NCBI GenBank assembly: GCA_937127445.1
Contig: CAKZLY010000030.1
Span: 10,023 to 74,022, forward strand
Direction: 5' to 3'
Length of the DNA stretch: 64,000 nucleotides
From: an uncultured Ignavibacteria bacterium
GTDB lineage: Bacteria; Bacteroidota; Ignavibacteria; Kapaibacteriales; UBA2268
In this document: piece after piece, positions 1 to 10,156 of the stretch
Layout: each line of letters opens with the position of its first letter
Position numbering within the stretch: position 1 is the first letter of the stretch
Position numbers and translations under genes: made by a program
Notes under the pieces: model-generated
Told to the model about the DNA's origin: nothing
Seen by the model: only the letters and a program-made list of their open reading frames with translations
Database searches by the model: none

Positions 1-1
1 G

Positions 2-79
2 CAACCATTCGACCCAAAAGAATTTGTTGATGCATTATTTGAGGACAGAGATACTAACGAAGAAAATACACAAGAGTAG
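2..79 (+). CDS. ftsY: C-terminal fragment of signal recognition particle receptor FtsY (truncated by window edge)
   Basis: Frame from nt 2 reads QPFDPKEFVDALFEDRDTNEENTQE*. QPFDPxEFVDALF is the characteristic FtsY C-terminal motif. Not in the ORF track because it is short. Confidence 0.75.
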   Translation, partial: QPFDPKEFVDALFEDRDTNEENTQE

Positions 80-800
80 AAGCAGTTTGAATGGTTAAAT
101 ATGCTGAAAGAGCAAGGATTAAGGAAAATACAATATAAAGAATAATTCGAAGGATTAGTTTTCCTTTTGTTGAAATTAAGTGAAATAGTATTCCAAGAGT
201 AGCAGTTAGAGACAAAATAAAGAGCAAGATTTCTTTTTTGATGTCAACTTTAACCTTTTCGAATTTTGTTTTATGCCAAAATTCGTGTGAATATATTTTT
301 ATTGGAATAGATGGGACAGCGAATGCGTAACCTATAAAGGGATCCGATTTATAGCTAAATCCCAATAATTTGACAACACCGATAATATCGTAATCTTTTA
401 ACCCACTTCGAGTATTGATTTGGTATGCATCATTTTTTTTTACAGAAAATATTGGCATTTTATTCAAACTAATAGGTGATTTATCATAGACTGGTTCCCA
501 AATATCTGATTTGAATTTTCTGCCGATGAGTAGGAATTTTTGTTCGGTATTTTCTGTATTTTCAATTATTATTTGTTGAATATTATCAGGTGGATTAATA
601 TAGTTTTCGACATAAGGGAAAACAAACGGAATAATAACGTAGAAATAAGCTGCCCAAAAAGGGACAAGTATTGAAATTTTTAACGTCCATAAAAATGCAG
701 ATGAAACAATCCATTCTTTACGAAAAATTTTTCGCAACCACAAAAAAACATAAAATACTAAAGCAACAGAGAATATGTAAAAATAGTTTTCCAGATACAT
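54..800 (-). CDS. Hypothetical membrane protein (about 4 TM segments)
   Basis: 248-aa ORF with two hydrophobic helices at each end flanking a soluble region; 8 bp downstream of the kinase gene. Confidence 0.75.
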   Translation of the reverse strand: MYLENYFYIFSVALVFYVFLWLRKIFRKEWIVSSAFLWTLKISILVPFWAAYFYVIIPFVFPYVENYINPPDNIQQIIIENTENTEQKFLLIGRKFKSDIWEPVYDKSPISLNKMPIFSVKKNDAYQINTRSGLKDYDIIGVVKLLGFSYKSDPFIGYAFAVPSIPIKIYSHEFWHKTKFEKVKVDIKKEILLFILSLTATLGILFHLISTKGKLILRIILYIVFSLILALSAYLTIQTASTLVYFLR

Positions 801-808
801 ATAACTAA

Positions 809-2047
809 CTAATTATTTAATGGAATTTCAATAGCAAAAGTTGTGCCTTTTCCTAATTGAGTTTCTTTGACAAAAATTTTACCGTTGTGATAATCTTCGA
901 TAATACGCTTTGCAAGGCTGAGACCAAGCCCCCAACCACGTTTTTTTGTCGTAAAGCCGGGATAGAATAAATTACGGCGAACTTTGCTTGTGAGCCCTTT
1001 ACCATTATCTTCGATGTAAATAAGTGCGTATTTGTGAGAAACTTTTGTAGTGCGAATAATAATTTTACCTTCTTTGTGTTCGATTGCTTCGGCAGCATTT
1101 TTAAGCAAGTTTTCAAAAACCCAGGCAAGCAAATCCTGGTTAGCTTCGACTGTAATATTTTCGCTGAATTCCCGGACAATCTCGACTTTGCGTCCAAGGT
1201 GGGGCAAGCGTTTTTCGAAATATCTACATACTTCATCAATCAGTGTATTTAGCTCAATATGTTCTTTTTCTGGCATAGAACCAATTTTTGAGAAGCGAGT
1301 TGTGATAATTTGCAAGCGATTAATATCGTTACTCATCTCATTAACTGTATCTTCGACTGCTTTGGGGTCGTCTTTGGAATATCGCAAAATTTCGAGCCAG
1401 GCTAATAAACTCGACAATGGTGTTCCGAGCTGGTGAGCAGCTTCGCGAGCCATACCAACCCAGACTTTGGATTGTTCGTTTTTTCGCACACTGCTGAAAG
1501 CAACATATCCGATAGCTACAAAAGCTGAAATAATAATTAAAGAGACAAATGGGAAAAGGCGTAATCTGTCAATTAATTCAGAATGAGTATAATAAATTTT
1601 TTGGACAACGACACCGTTTTCGTCCTCAATAATTATCGGTTCATAATTTTCTTTCATTTTTTGAATATAACGTTTGAGAAAGGCTCGCTGTTCTTCGATA
1701 GTCATCATTTTACTGAGATTAATATTGAGGGTGTAAGAGGCAAAATCTTCGAGTGGTTCATCGTTTGCGTCTGTCATAATAACGGGAAAAGTAATAGTTG
1801 GTGTAATTTCGTCCAAAAAGAAAATAAGATACTCTAAATTTTTTTTGGGGTCCGAATAATGTTTGTATGTATTGGAATATAATCTTATAATTCGCTGTTC
1901 GTGTTGAATTAGTTCATTGACAAGTACTTGAGTAAAGATGACAACAGCGATAACAATAGAGAATGCAATAAGGGTGAGCAAAGTTTTAAGTTGCCATTTT
2001 CCGTCAGTGCTGAAAAGTGATTTTAATAAATTGATACCATTGAGCAT
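809..2047 (-). CDS. Membrane sensor histidine kinase (HisKA + HATPase_c); no cognate regulator in window
   Basis: Two TM helices; H-box MAREAAHQLGTPLSSL; N-box ENLLKNAAEA; G1 EDNGKG; F/G2 FTTKKRGWGLGLSLAKRIIE. Confidence 0.92.
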   Translation of the reverse strand: MLNGINLLKSLFSTDGKWQLKTLLTLIAFSIVIAVVIFTQVLVNELIQHEQRIIRLYSNTYKHYSDPKKNLEYLIFFLDEITPTITFPVIMTDANDEPLEDFASYTLNINLSKMMTIEEQRAFLKRYIQKMKENYEPIIIEDENGVVVQKIYYTHSELIDRLRLFPFVSLIIISAFVAIGYVAFSSVRKNEQSKVWVGMAREAAHQLGTPLSSLLAWLEILRYSKDDPKAVEDTVNEMSNDINRLQIITTRFSKIGSMPEKEHIELNTLIDEVCRYFEKRLPHLGRKVEIVREFSENITVEANQDLLAWVFENLLKNAAEAIEHKEGKIIIRTTKVSHKYALIYIEDNGKGLTSKVRRNLFYPGFTTKKRGWGLGLSLAKRIIEDYHNGKIFVKETQLGKGTTFAIEIPLNN

Positions 2048-2218
2048 ATTATAGAATTATGAATTTTTTTAAATAATATAAGATAATTTAATAAGAAAAA
2101 TGTAAAAAAATTAACTTTTTTGGTTCAATTTTGGGACAAACAACCAATTGATTAATTATAATTAATTGTATTGCAAAAACTTATGTAAATTTTTATTTAA
2201 ATATTGATTAATTAATTT

Positions 2219-2226
2219 TATATTTG
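2219..2226 (+). promoter_or_regulatory. Bacteroidota-type -7 promoter element (TAnnTTTG) for the carboxyltransferase gene
   Basis: TATATTTG about 40 nt upstream of ATG 2267. Confidence 0.45.
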
Positions 2227-2266
2227 TGAAGAAAATAATGTTGTGAAATTTTTAAGGAAAAATAGT

Positions 2267-3811
2267 ATGTCATTTCTGGATAGGGTACGAGATTTTTTCC
2301 AAAGAAAGAAAACAGTTGAAATCGGCGGTGGCGAGCAAGCAATTGAAAAACAGAAAAAGATGGGGAAGCTCACTGCACGCGAACGCATTCAGTATTTGCT
2401 TGATCCAGGGACGTTCCACGAATATGATATGTTTGTCGAGCATAAAGCAGAAGACTTCGGAATGGACAAGAAGTTTCTGCCGGGCGATGGTGTGATAACT
2501 GGTACAGGAAATATTCTGGGGCATCCCGTTTGTATTTATGCACAAGATTTCACTGTTGCAGGTGGTTCTTTGGGACTGGCTCACGCAAAGAAAATCACAA
2601 AGATGATGGATCACGCAATGAGAATGGGTATGCCACTTATTGGGATAAATGATTCTGGTGGCGCTCGTATCCAGGAAGGTGTTAATTCATTAGCAGGCTA
2701 TGGAGAAATATTTTTCCGTAATACACGAGCTTCGGGAGTTATTCCACAAATATCGGTAATATTAGGCCCTTGTGCTGGTGGGGCAGTGTATTCGCCTGCA
2801 CTGACAGACTTTGTATTCGTAGTGGATAAAATTTCTAAGATGTTCATCACGGGACCAGAAGTAATTAAAACAGTGCTTGGTGAAGAAATTTCGATGGAAG
2901 AGCTTGGTGGCGCCCGTGTTCATGCGGAAATTTCTGGGAATGCACATTTCTATGCAGAAAGCGAGCAAGAATGTTTTGAGCAGATAAAACGCCTTGTTAC
3001 TTTTATTCCGTGGAACAATCGCAAGAAAGCGGACAAATTCCAACCTAAACCGCCAATTTTTGACAAGCCAATTGCAGAAATATTGCCCAAAGAGCCAAAT
3101 GAACCTTATGACATTCGCGACGTGATTAAGGCACTGGTTGATAATTCTGATTTTCTTGAAGTTCAAGAACATTGGGCAAAAAATATAGTGATTGGATTTG
3201 CAAGAATCAATGGAGAAACAGTTGGAATAGTTGGTAATCAGCCTCTGGTACTTGCTGGAGTGCTTGATGTAGATTCGTCGGATAAAGCAGCACGTTTTAT
3301 TCGATTTTGCGATGCATTTAATATTCCTTTGCTAACACTTGTTGATTTGCCTGGATATTTGCCAGGTGTTGACCAGGAACACGCAGGTGTAATTCGTCAT
3401 GGGGCAAAAGTGCTTTATGCATATAGCGAGGCAACAGTATTGAAAACGACTGTGATATTACGCAAAGCTTACGGTGGTGGATATATTGCAATGTGTAGCC
3501 GCCATTTAGGAGCTGATTTTGTGTTTGCCTGGCCTACTGCAGAAATTGCTGTAATGGGTCCGGAGGGTGCTGCAAATATTATTTTCAAAAATGAAATTGC
3601 TAATGCACCAAATCCAGAAGAGATGCGTAAACAAAAGGTTACAGAATATATCGAAAAATTCGCTAATCCATATAAAGCAGCTGCAAATGGATATATCGAT
3701 GCAGTAATCACACCGGAAGAAACACGCGATTTCATCATCCACGCTTTGTGGGTTTCGCAAAACAAAGAAGATGTTCCGCCAAAGAAAAAACACGGTGTTC
3801 CACCATTCTAA
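2267..3811 (+). CDS. Acyl-CoA carboxylase carboxyltransferase subunit (propionyl-CoA carboxylase beta / methylmalonyl-CoA decarboxylase alpha family)
   Basis: GKLTARERI, DSGGARIQEG, GPCAGGAVYSPALTDF, RKAYGGGY, AVMGPEGA, C-terminal KKHG. ATG 2267 follows AAGGA and is preferred over GTG 2243. Confidence 0.93.
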   Translation: MSFLDRVRDFFQRKKTVEIGGGEQAIEKQKKMGKLTARERIQYLLDPGTFHEYDMFVEHKAEDFGMDKKFLPGDGVITGTGNILGHPVCIYAQDFTVAGGSLGLAHAKKITKMMDHAMRMGMPLIGINDSGGARIQEGVNSLAGYGEIFFRNTRASGVIPQISVILGPCAGGAVYSPALTDFVFVVDKISKMFITGPEVIKTVLGEEISMEELGGARVHAEISGNAHFYAESEQECFEQIKRLVTFIPWNNRKKADKFQPKPPIFDKPIAEILPKEPNEPYDIRDVIKALVDNSDFLEVQEHWAKNIVIGFARINGETVGIVGNQPLVLAGVLDVDSSDKAARFIRFCDAFNIPLLTLVDLPGYLPGVDQEHAGVIRHGAKVLYAYSEATVLKTTVILRKAYGGGYIAMCSRHLGADFVFAWPTAEIAVMGPEGAANIIFKNEIANAPNPEEMRKQKVTEYIEKFANPYKAAANGYIDAVITPEETRDFIIHALWVSQNKEDVPPKKKHGVPPF

Positions 3812-3821
3812 TGGAGTAGAA

Positions 3822-4136
3822 ATGAATAACGAAAATCTTGGGAAATTAATTCTTGATGATACAGTTTACGAAACGCAACTGACAAAAAAATTTACCTTAC
3901 GGAAAAAATATGTTCCGAAAGATCCGAAAAAGATTACAGCATTTATTCCAGGTGTAATACGTGAAGTGTACGTAAAAATTGGTGATAACGTAAAAGTAGG
4001 CGATAAATTACTAGTGCTTGAAGCAATGAAAATGAGAAATACGATAACATCACCAATGAATGGGAAAATTCGCTACGTTGCTGTTTCGACGGGTAAATCC
4101 GTTGCGAAGAATGAACTGTTGGTTGAATTTGAATGA
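3822..4136 (+). CDS. Biotin carboxyl carrier protein
   Basis: Biotinylation motif LEAMKMRN; ATG 3822 preceded by GGAG, 10 nt after the carboxyltransferase stop. Confidence 0.9.
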   Translation: MNNENLGKLILDDTVYETQLTKKFTLRKKYVPKDPKKITAFIPGVIREVYVKIGDNVKVGDKLLVLEAMKMRNTITSPMNGKIRYVAVSTGKSVAKNELLVEFE

Positions 4137-4178
4137 TTTTTTTAAATTAATTTAATGTAATATTCAACATAATTCAAC

Positions 4179-4206
4179 ATAGAGACGCAGAACATTGCGT
4201 CTCTAT
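4179..4206. repeat. Perfect 11-bp inverted repeat (REP-like, possible bidirectional terminator) between convergent genes
   Basis: ATAGAGACGCA-gaacat-TGCGTCTCTAT, preceded by a tandem ATTCAACATA duplication. Confidence 0.7.
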
Positions 4207-4226
4207 TTATGTTAAGCTTTGCATCT

Positions 4227-6392
4227 CTATAACATACCGCTTCGCTTACGAATAAACCATTCTGCTGAAAGAAGCAGAACAACAAGAATAAGCAAATAAG
4301 GTAGATTCCAGATAATTATATCGTCGCGTTTTTTTATGCTACGTTCAGTAAAAAATCTATTGCTTCGAATATCATCTACAATAGATGAAACATTATCCGG
4401 ATAATAGAATTTCCCACCACTGATTTCAGCAATTTTTTTAAGAAGTGGTTCATTCATTTTCAAGCTCAAATATTCAATAGAAATTTCACCGATGGAAAAT
4501 CTACCATCGTCTGTACCGAGAAAGTTGTTGTTGAGAGTTGCTTCAGCTGAGAAGGAATAATCACCCGACGGCAGCCCCTCGATAGTTGCGTAGTAGTTAC
4601 CTTGTCCTGTTGGGACAAGAGTTATTTCGCGGGTTTCACCTTTTCCTATTACTTTAGCTTTAAGATTTGCTTTTTCGATAGGATTATAGGAAGCATCGTA
4701 AACTTCGCCAAAAAGTTCAACTACTTCATTTTCGTTATAGAATTTGCGCGAAGTACGAACTTTGACTGGCTTGGCCTGTTCGGCAACGGAAAGCCATCGC
4801 AAGCTATTATTGACAAATATGTTCAACAAGTCTTCGGCTTGACGTCCTTTTGCAAGTTCAGAAGCATAACCAAAAAGCTTCCATCGGTGTAAACCATACC
4901 CCATCAGAGCGATAGATTTGCTATTTTGAAAATGTCGGGACATAATTAAAGGTTCATTCAAAGGAGCGTTGTTGATTTTCATTGTTGCTAAAACTTCGCT
5001 TTCAGCTTTTGGACGAACAAATGTTTCTGTGCGAAAAAGTGGTGGAAGGGAATTCCACAGTTTTAGATCGTCTTCGCTTCCGGTAATTCTTAATATTGGA
5101 GAAGAAAGAGCAGAACTTTTGAAATCAGGAACAACAAGTAATTCCTGCGGACGCGAAGAAACCACAATAAAAGGTAAATAATTTTGAAATTCTTTAAGTT
5201 TATTATAATCTGTGGTTTGCGAGGCAATGAAAAGAAGCGGTTTCCCGCGTTCTAATTCAAGTTTTATCATATCGATAACATTTTTCGGGGTTGATTGAAT
5301 AGGGAAGCCGACAAAAACAATAAGTTCGCTAGATTGCAGAACTTTCGAGTTAGGTGCTTCGTAGAATTCGGCACCTTTTTTCTGGATAAATTCTTTAATT
5401 TCAACACCTTTTTCGAGTAAGATTGATTGTTTAATCATCGATAAATCTGGGGAAGGAGAGCCTGCAAAAATTGCGAAATTTCGCTTGTTTTCCAAAACAC
5501 GGATAAATTCAGAAATTGAGTTGTTTTTGCGGGTAATTTCATTATCTATCGGGTCAATTTGCGCAGTTATTTTGTGGTTACCTGGTTTAGTAGGAATATA
5601 TTCGAAATTATGAAAATAGCGTTCTCTGCCTTGTTCGATTAAAATATCTTGTTCAGCAATTTTTTCTTCATTAAAGAATAATTTTAATTTCACAGTTTTA
5701 TTTGAAAAGCCATTTGCTTTGAAATTAACCATAATTTGAATTTTATTATCGACGTAAGCAATTTCGTTAGTAACAACTGATAAAACTGCAATATCTATGG
5801 GTTCGGTTGTATCGCCAATGCCGACAACGTAAAATGGAGTAGTGAAGCGTTCTGCATCGAAAATAGGATTTGCACCAGCGTTATATGCACCATCAGTGAA
5901 AAGCACAATGGCACGGATATTGTCTTCGTCGCGGTATCTATCCAACCTGCGAATTGCTTTTGAAATGTCAGTTGCTCTGCCATCAAACGATAAACTATCA
6001 ATATTGAATTTATCTAATTGTTTGACATCACTATCGAAGAGAAAAGTGATATTGTCCAGATTATCAATATTAGAATTAATCAGGGCATTTTTAAAAGTTT
6101 CAGATCTATTGCCTTTTGCATCAGTGGTACCGGTAGAGATAGAATTATCGAGAAGAATTGCTATTTGGGGTTTTTCGATAAATGCACGAGTGATTGAATA
6201 TATTGGTTCAAAAATAGCAAAAATCAAAATTGCAAGAGCAAATCCACGAAGAGCAATAAGCAGATATCGCTTTTTTTCTGAAATTGGAGGGATAGTAGTT
6301 TTATATGCCCAAAAAGATAATGCAAATCCAGCTATTACAAATAATATCAACAGCCACCAGTAACCAGAAATAATCAAATTGTATGAATTCAT
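4227..6392 (-). CDS. Membrane-anchored vWA-domain protein with Ig-like domains
   Basis: Two N-terminal TMs (..LIALRGFALAILIFAIFEP); MIDAS-like LLDNSIS ... TD ... LFTDG; C-terminal TM ending EWFIRKRSGML. ATG 6392 preferred over TTG 6503. Confidence 0.8.
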   Translation of the reverse strand: MNSYNLIISGYWWLLILFVIAGFALSFWAYKTTIPPISEKKRYLLIALRGFALAILIFAIFEPIYSITRAFIEKPQIAILLDNSISTGTTDAKGNRSETFKNALINSNIDNLDNITFLFDSDVKQLDKFNIDSLSFDGRATDISKAIRRLDRYRDEDNIRAIVLFTDGAYNAGANPIFDAERFTTPFYVVGIGDTTEPIDIAVLSVVTNEIAYVDNKIQIMVNFKANGFSNKTVKLKLFFNEEKIAEQDILIEQGRERYFHNFEYIPTKPGNHKITAQIDPIDNEITRKNNSISEFIRVLENKRNFAIFAGSPSPDLSMIKQSILLEKGVEIKEFIQKKGAEFYEAPNSKVLQSSELIVFVGFPIQSTPKNVIDMIKLELERGKPLLFIASQTTDYNKLKEFQNYLPFIVVSSRPQELLVVPDFKSSALSSPILRITGSEDDLKLWNSLPPLFRTETFVRPKAESEVLATMKINNAPLNEPLIMSRHFQNSKSIALMGYGLHRWKLFGYASELAKGRQAEDLLNIFVNNSLRWLSVAEQAKPVKVRTSRKFYNENEVVELFGEVYDASYNPIEKANLKAKVIGKGETREITLVPTGQGNYYATIEGLPSGDYSFSAEATLNNNFLGTDDGRFSIGEISIEYLSLKMNEPLLKKIAEISGGKFYYPDNVSSIVDDIRSNRFFTERSIKKRDDIIIWNLPYLLILVVLLLSAEWFIRKRSGML

Positions 6393-6616
6393 AACGTGTA
6401 TTTTTTTTATCAAAAACAAATATGAAAATATAGTAACGAAACAACAACGAAAATATGAAAAATAAATTAGTAAATCATCAGAAGAAAAATCAAAAAGTTG
6501 CAATTAGAATTCATCAAATGTTCATAATTCGTTTATATTTTTTTTTGTTAAATCTTGTTTTTTTCTTTATATTAGGTAGATGCTTAAATGATTTTGTTTA
6601 ATACAAAGGACTTATA

Positions 6617-8263
6617 ATGAAATCAAGATTAGTTTTATTACTGCTAATTTTTGCTATTACATTTGAAGCATATCCTTGCACAAACTTTCTGGTAACAAAA
6701 GGAGCTTCGGCAGACGGTTCGACAATGATTTCCTATTCAGCAGATGCAGGTGGATTTATGGAACCACTTTACTATGCACCAGCTGCGAAGCACCCCGAAG
6801 GATCGTGGCTTGATATCTACGAGTGGGATAGCGGCAAACATCTTGGGAAAATAAAGCAAGTTCCTGAAACATATAAAGTAATTGGGAATATGAATGAATA
6901 TCAGGTAGTGATTGGAGAAACAACATTTGGAGGACGAGAAGAGCTGAAAGATACGGCTGCAATATTGGATTATGGTTCGCTTATGTATATAGCATTGCAA
7001 AGAGCAAAAACAGCGAGAGAAGCAATAAGAGTTATGACTGAACTTGTCGCTGAATATGGGTATTATAGCTCGGGTGAATCTTTTTCTGTTGGCGATCCCG
7101 AAGAAGTATGGATTCTGGAGATGATAAGCAAAGGTCCGTATGAAAAAGGTGCTGTGTGGGTAGCAGTTCGTATTCCCGATGGATATGTAGCAGCGCACGC
7201 TAATCAAGCACGAATCCGACAATTCCCAATGAACGATCCCGAAAATTGTATGTTTGCACCGGATGTGGTTTCTTTCGCTATTGCTCGGGGATACTACAAT
7301 CCTAAACAAGGGCCATTTAGTTTTGCTGATGCTTATTGTCCACTTGACCCAAGTAGCTTGTTATTTTGCGAGGGACGAGTATGGAGTCTATTCAGACGTG
7401 CAGCACCATCGCTGAATTTATCGAGCGATTATTGGCGTGCATATGAAGGTGAAAAACCTTATCCCTTATACATAAAGCCTGATAAGAAGCTTACTCCGCA
7501 AGACGTAATGAGCTTAATGAGGGACCATTTCAACGATACAGAATTTGATATGACAAAAGGTTTAGCAGCAGAACCATTTGGAAATCCATATAGATGGAAG
7601 CCACTTGTATTTAAAATTACCGGCGACACAACAACTTATGCCTGGGAACGACCAATTTCAACTCAGCAGACTGCATTTTCTTTTGTTTCTCAAAGTAGAA
7701 GTTTCTTGCCAAGGGAAATTGCAGGAGTATTTTGGTATGGAGTAGATGATACTTATTCAACCGTGTATGTGCCACTTTATGTAGGTTCAATGAATGACAT
7801 CCCGAAATGTTTCAAAGGGGGTAGTATTAAAGAACTCGACTTGAATTCTGCTTTTTGGATTTTTAATCTTGTTGCAAACCTTGCATATACGAAATATTCA
7901 TATATCATCAAAGACATTCAAGTAGTGCAAAAGCGTCTTGAAAGCAAGTATGAAATGTTTCAGCCAATAATCGAGAAGGCAGCAATTGATTTGTATCAAA
8001 AAGATAGATCTTCTGCGATGCAATTTTTGAGCGATTATTCACTGAACGAATCTCAAAAAATGTTCGATGAATGGTTTGCTCTCTGGAAGCAGTTGGTTGC
8101 TAAATATAATGACGGATATATTAATGATGTAAATGTTGATAACGGGCGTCATCCAAAAGGTGTCGGGTATGGCGATGAATTTTTCAAACGGGTTGTAAAA
8201 GAACGCCCAGGCTATTATGAAGTTAAAATGAAAAAGAAAAAAGACAAGAAAAAAGGGAAATAA
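6617..8263 (+). CDS. Peptidase C69 family dipeptidase (secreted)
   Basis: Signal peptide followed by N-terminal nucleophile CTNFLVTKGASADGS; GNMNEYQVVIGETTFGGR; AHANQARI; ERPISTQQTAFS. Confidence 0.9.
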   Translation: MKSRLVLLLLIFAITFEAYPCTNFLVTKGASADGSTMISYSADAGGFMEPLYYAPAAKHPEGSWLDIYEWDSGKHLGKIKQVPETYKVIGNMNEYQVVIGETTFGGREELKDTAAILDYGSLMYIALQRAKTAREAIRVMTELVAEYGYYSSGESFSVGDPEEVWILEMISKGPYEKGAVWVAVRIPDGYVAAHANQARIRQFPMNDPENCMFAPDVVSFAIARGYYNPKQGPFSFADAYCPLDPSSLLFCEGRVWSLFRRAAPSLNLSSDYWRAYEGEKPYPLYIKPDKKLTPQDVMSLMRDHFNDTEFDMTKGLAAEPFGNPYRWKPLVFKITGDTTTYAWERPISTQQTAFSFVSQSRSFLPREIAGVFWYGVDDTYSTVYVPLYVGSMNDIPKCFKGGSIKELDLNSAFWIFNLVANLAYTKYSYIIKDIQVVQKRLESKYEMFQPIIEKAAIDLYQKDRSSAMQFLSDYSLNESQKMFDEWFALWKQLVAKYNDGYINDVNVDNGRHPKGVGYGDEFFKRVVKERPGYYEVKMKKKKDKKKGK

Positions 8264-8270
8264 TTATTAG

Positions 8271-8302
8271 AAAAGGGCGTATTGAAAAATACGCCTTTTT
8301 TT
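8271..8302 (+). terminator. Rho-independent terminator of the dipeptidase gene
   Basis: AAAAGGGCGTATT-gaaa-AATACGCCTTTTTTT, 7 nt after the stop codon. Confidence 0.8.
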
Positions 8303-8432
8303 CTATTAATGATTAAGTGTATTTTTCATTAAAAAAGCATTGGAGAAAAGCACTCAAAAAAAAATAACAATAATTTTTGTCAATAAAATCGATGAAATAA
8401 TAATATCTTTTAGACAAATAACAAGAAGCAAC

Positions 8433-8465
8433 AAAAAAGAGGCTGCCCAAAGTAGCCAGCCTCTT
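8433..8465 (-). terminator. Rho-independent terminator (GGCTGCC hairpin family)
   Basis: AAGAGGCTG-cccaaagtagc-CAGCCTCTT with an A-tract on its left, i.e. a U-tract on the minus strand, downstream of gene 8492-9208. Confidence 0.7.
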
Positions 8466-8491
8466 CCCTATTTAAGTTCTATAATTATCAA

Positions 8492-9208
8492 TTAAGGTTT
8501 CTCGAAAACTTTGTCCTCTAATACACCACCAATTTCATATTCATCAAAATTAAATACCATTACTGTATTACCGTTAATTTTCAACTCAATTACAGAGGGA
8601 ACGATTGCACCACTGACTTTTGTTTTTTCTTCGAAAACATATTCAATGGCATTAGTTTCATCGTCTTTTTTAACTTCGGTAGCTAATTTATAGAACCAAT
8701 TTGTAATCTCATCAATGTAGATAGTGGAAATATCATTATCTTTGTCCTTCATTTCTACAGTAATGTAATTTTTATCATCAATTGTTTCTTTGCCAAGATA
8801 TTTGAATGAATATCCTTCTTCACCGTATTTAGTTATAGGTGAATTAAGGAAATCAAAAATTTGTAAAATTTGATCTTTTGCGGCATCAGGCAAGTTTCGC
8901 TTCTCTTTGGAGCCAGTGAGAGGATTGACCATCCAGGCTTTTTTGCCATCGTAAGCCTGAATAATAGTATTGCCCATATATTCGATTTCAATTCTGACTT
9001 TGTCGGGTCTTTTGATTTTGTAAACGATAGGAATTTGTTCGCCTTGTTCAGCAATGAACTGACTGCCGTGTATGACAAAAGTTTCAATTTTATCTAATGC
9101 TTCTTTATTCATTGCTTTGATTGCATTTTTCATTATTTCATCGATATTTTGAGAATAAAGCAAATTTGCGGAAGCAAACAAAAAGAATAAAAGCAAATAT
9201 TTTTTCAT
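8492..9208 (-). CDS. Periplasmic LolA-like (outer-membrane lipoprotein-sorting) protein
   Basis: Signal peptide; KRPDKVRIE, QAYDGKKAWMVNP, YLGKETID and terminal LEDKVFEKP match the LolA-like fold family. Confidence 0.7.
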   Translation of the reverse strand: MKKYLLLFFLFASANLLYSQNIDEIMKNAIKAMNKEALDKIETFVIHGSQFIAEQGEQIPIVYKIKRPDKVRIEIEYMGNTIIQAYDGKKAWMVNPLTGSKEKRNLPDAAKDQILQIFDFLNSPITKYGEEGYSFKYLGKETIDDKNYITVEMKDKDNDISTIYIDEITNWFYKLATEVKKDDETNAIEYVFEEKTKVSGAIVPSVIELKINGNTVMVFNFDEYEIGGVLEDKVFEKP

Positions 9209-9277
9209 AACTACCTCTAATTATTGATTTTTAAAAATAAGTAAAAAATAAAATATAATAAAGCAATATTATTATTT

Positions 9278-10156
9278 TTATTGTTTTTCTAAGAAAGTTC
9301 CTAATTCTGAAATAATCACAGCGGAGAATAGTAGAGCAGCTCCGAAAATCTCAGTATTCGTCATAGTTTCACTAAGAAAGATAACTGCGACTGAACTTGC
9401 AACAATAGGTTCGAGCGAGAAAATCAAAGCAGCTTTGACAGGAGTAGTGTATCTTTGAATACTTGTATGAATAAATGTAACTAAAAATGATGCTAATACT
9501 GCATTGAATGCTAATGAAATTAGAAGTAAATTATCGAATTTCACAATCCAAGAACCATCTTCGAAAGTAACAAAATAAACAATAGCAATAATCGACGATG
9601 CCACAAATTGCAAAAAAACTAACTGAGCAGTAATGGAGCGATTTTCTATTTTTTTTGTAAAGACATCCATATATGTAATATAGAATGCCCAAAACATTGT
9701 AGAGAAGAGAGTAAGAACATCACCAATGTTTATATTGTCGAAATCGGGGTTAGTGAAGATCCACAGTCCAATCATAGCAACAAAAACACCCCAGAAAGAG
9801 TATTTGCTAATCTTTTTACGGCAGACTATGTAATATACAATTGGTGTAAGTGGAACAGTAATGCCAGTAATAAAAGCTGATTTTGAAACAGTTGTGTATT
9901 TCAAGCCAACTGTTTGAAGCAAAAACCCGCCACCGAAGAATAAGCCTAAAATTAGCCCATTGATTAGAGTTTTATTGTTTATCTTAAATAATTTTTTGTT
10001 AAAGAAAATAACGCACAGAAAAATGGCAATACAAAAACGCAATAGGATATACACACTTGGAGATGTGAACTTCAATCCTATTTTTGTAAAGACGAAAGTT
10101 CCGCCCCAGATAAAAGTGACTAAAAAAAGGGAAAGCTCAGCATAGAAAGGCTTCAA
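9278..10156 (-). CDS. DMT/EamA family transporter
   Basis: About 10 TM; IWGGTF, LQTVGLKYTTVSKSAFITG, GDVLTL, IFSLEP. TTG start overlaps the upstream stop. Confidence 0.92.
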   Translation of the reverse strand: MKPFYAELSLFLVTFIWGGTFVFTKIGLKFTSPSVYILLRFCIAIFLCVIFFNKKLFKINNKTLINGLILGLFFGGGFLLQTVGLKYTTVSKSAFITGITVPLTPIVYYIVCRKKISKYSFWGVFVAMIGLWIFTNPDFDNINIGDVLTLFSTMFWAFYITYMDVFTKKIENRSITAQLVFLQFVASSIIAIVYFVTFEDGSWIVKFDNLLLISLAFNAVLASFLVTFIHTSIQRYTTPVKAALIFSLEPIVASSVAVIFLSETMTNTEIFGAALLFSAVIISELGTFLEKQ

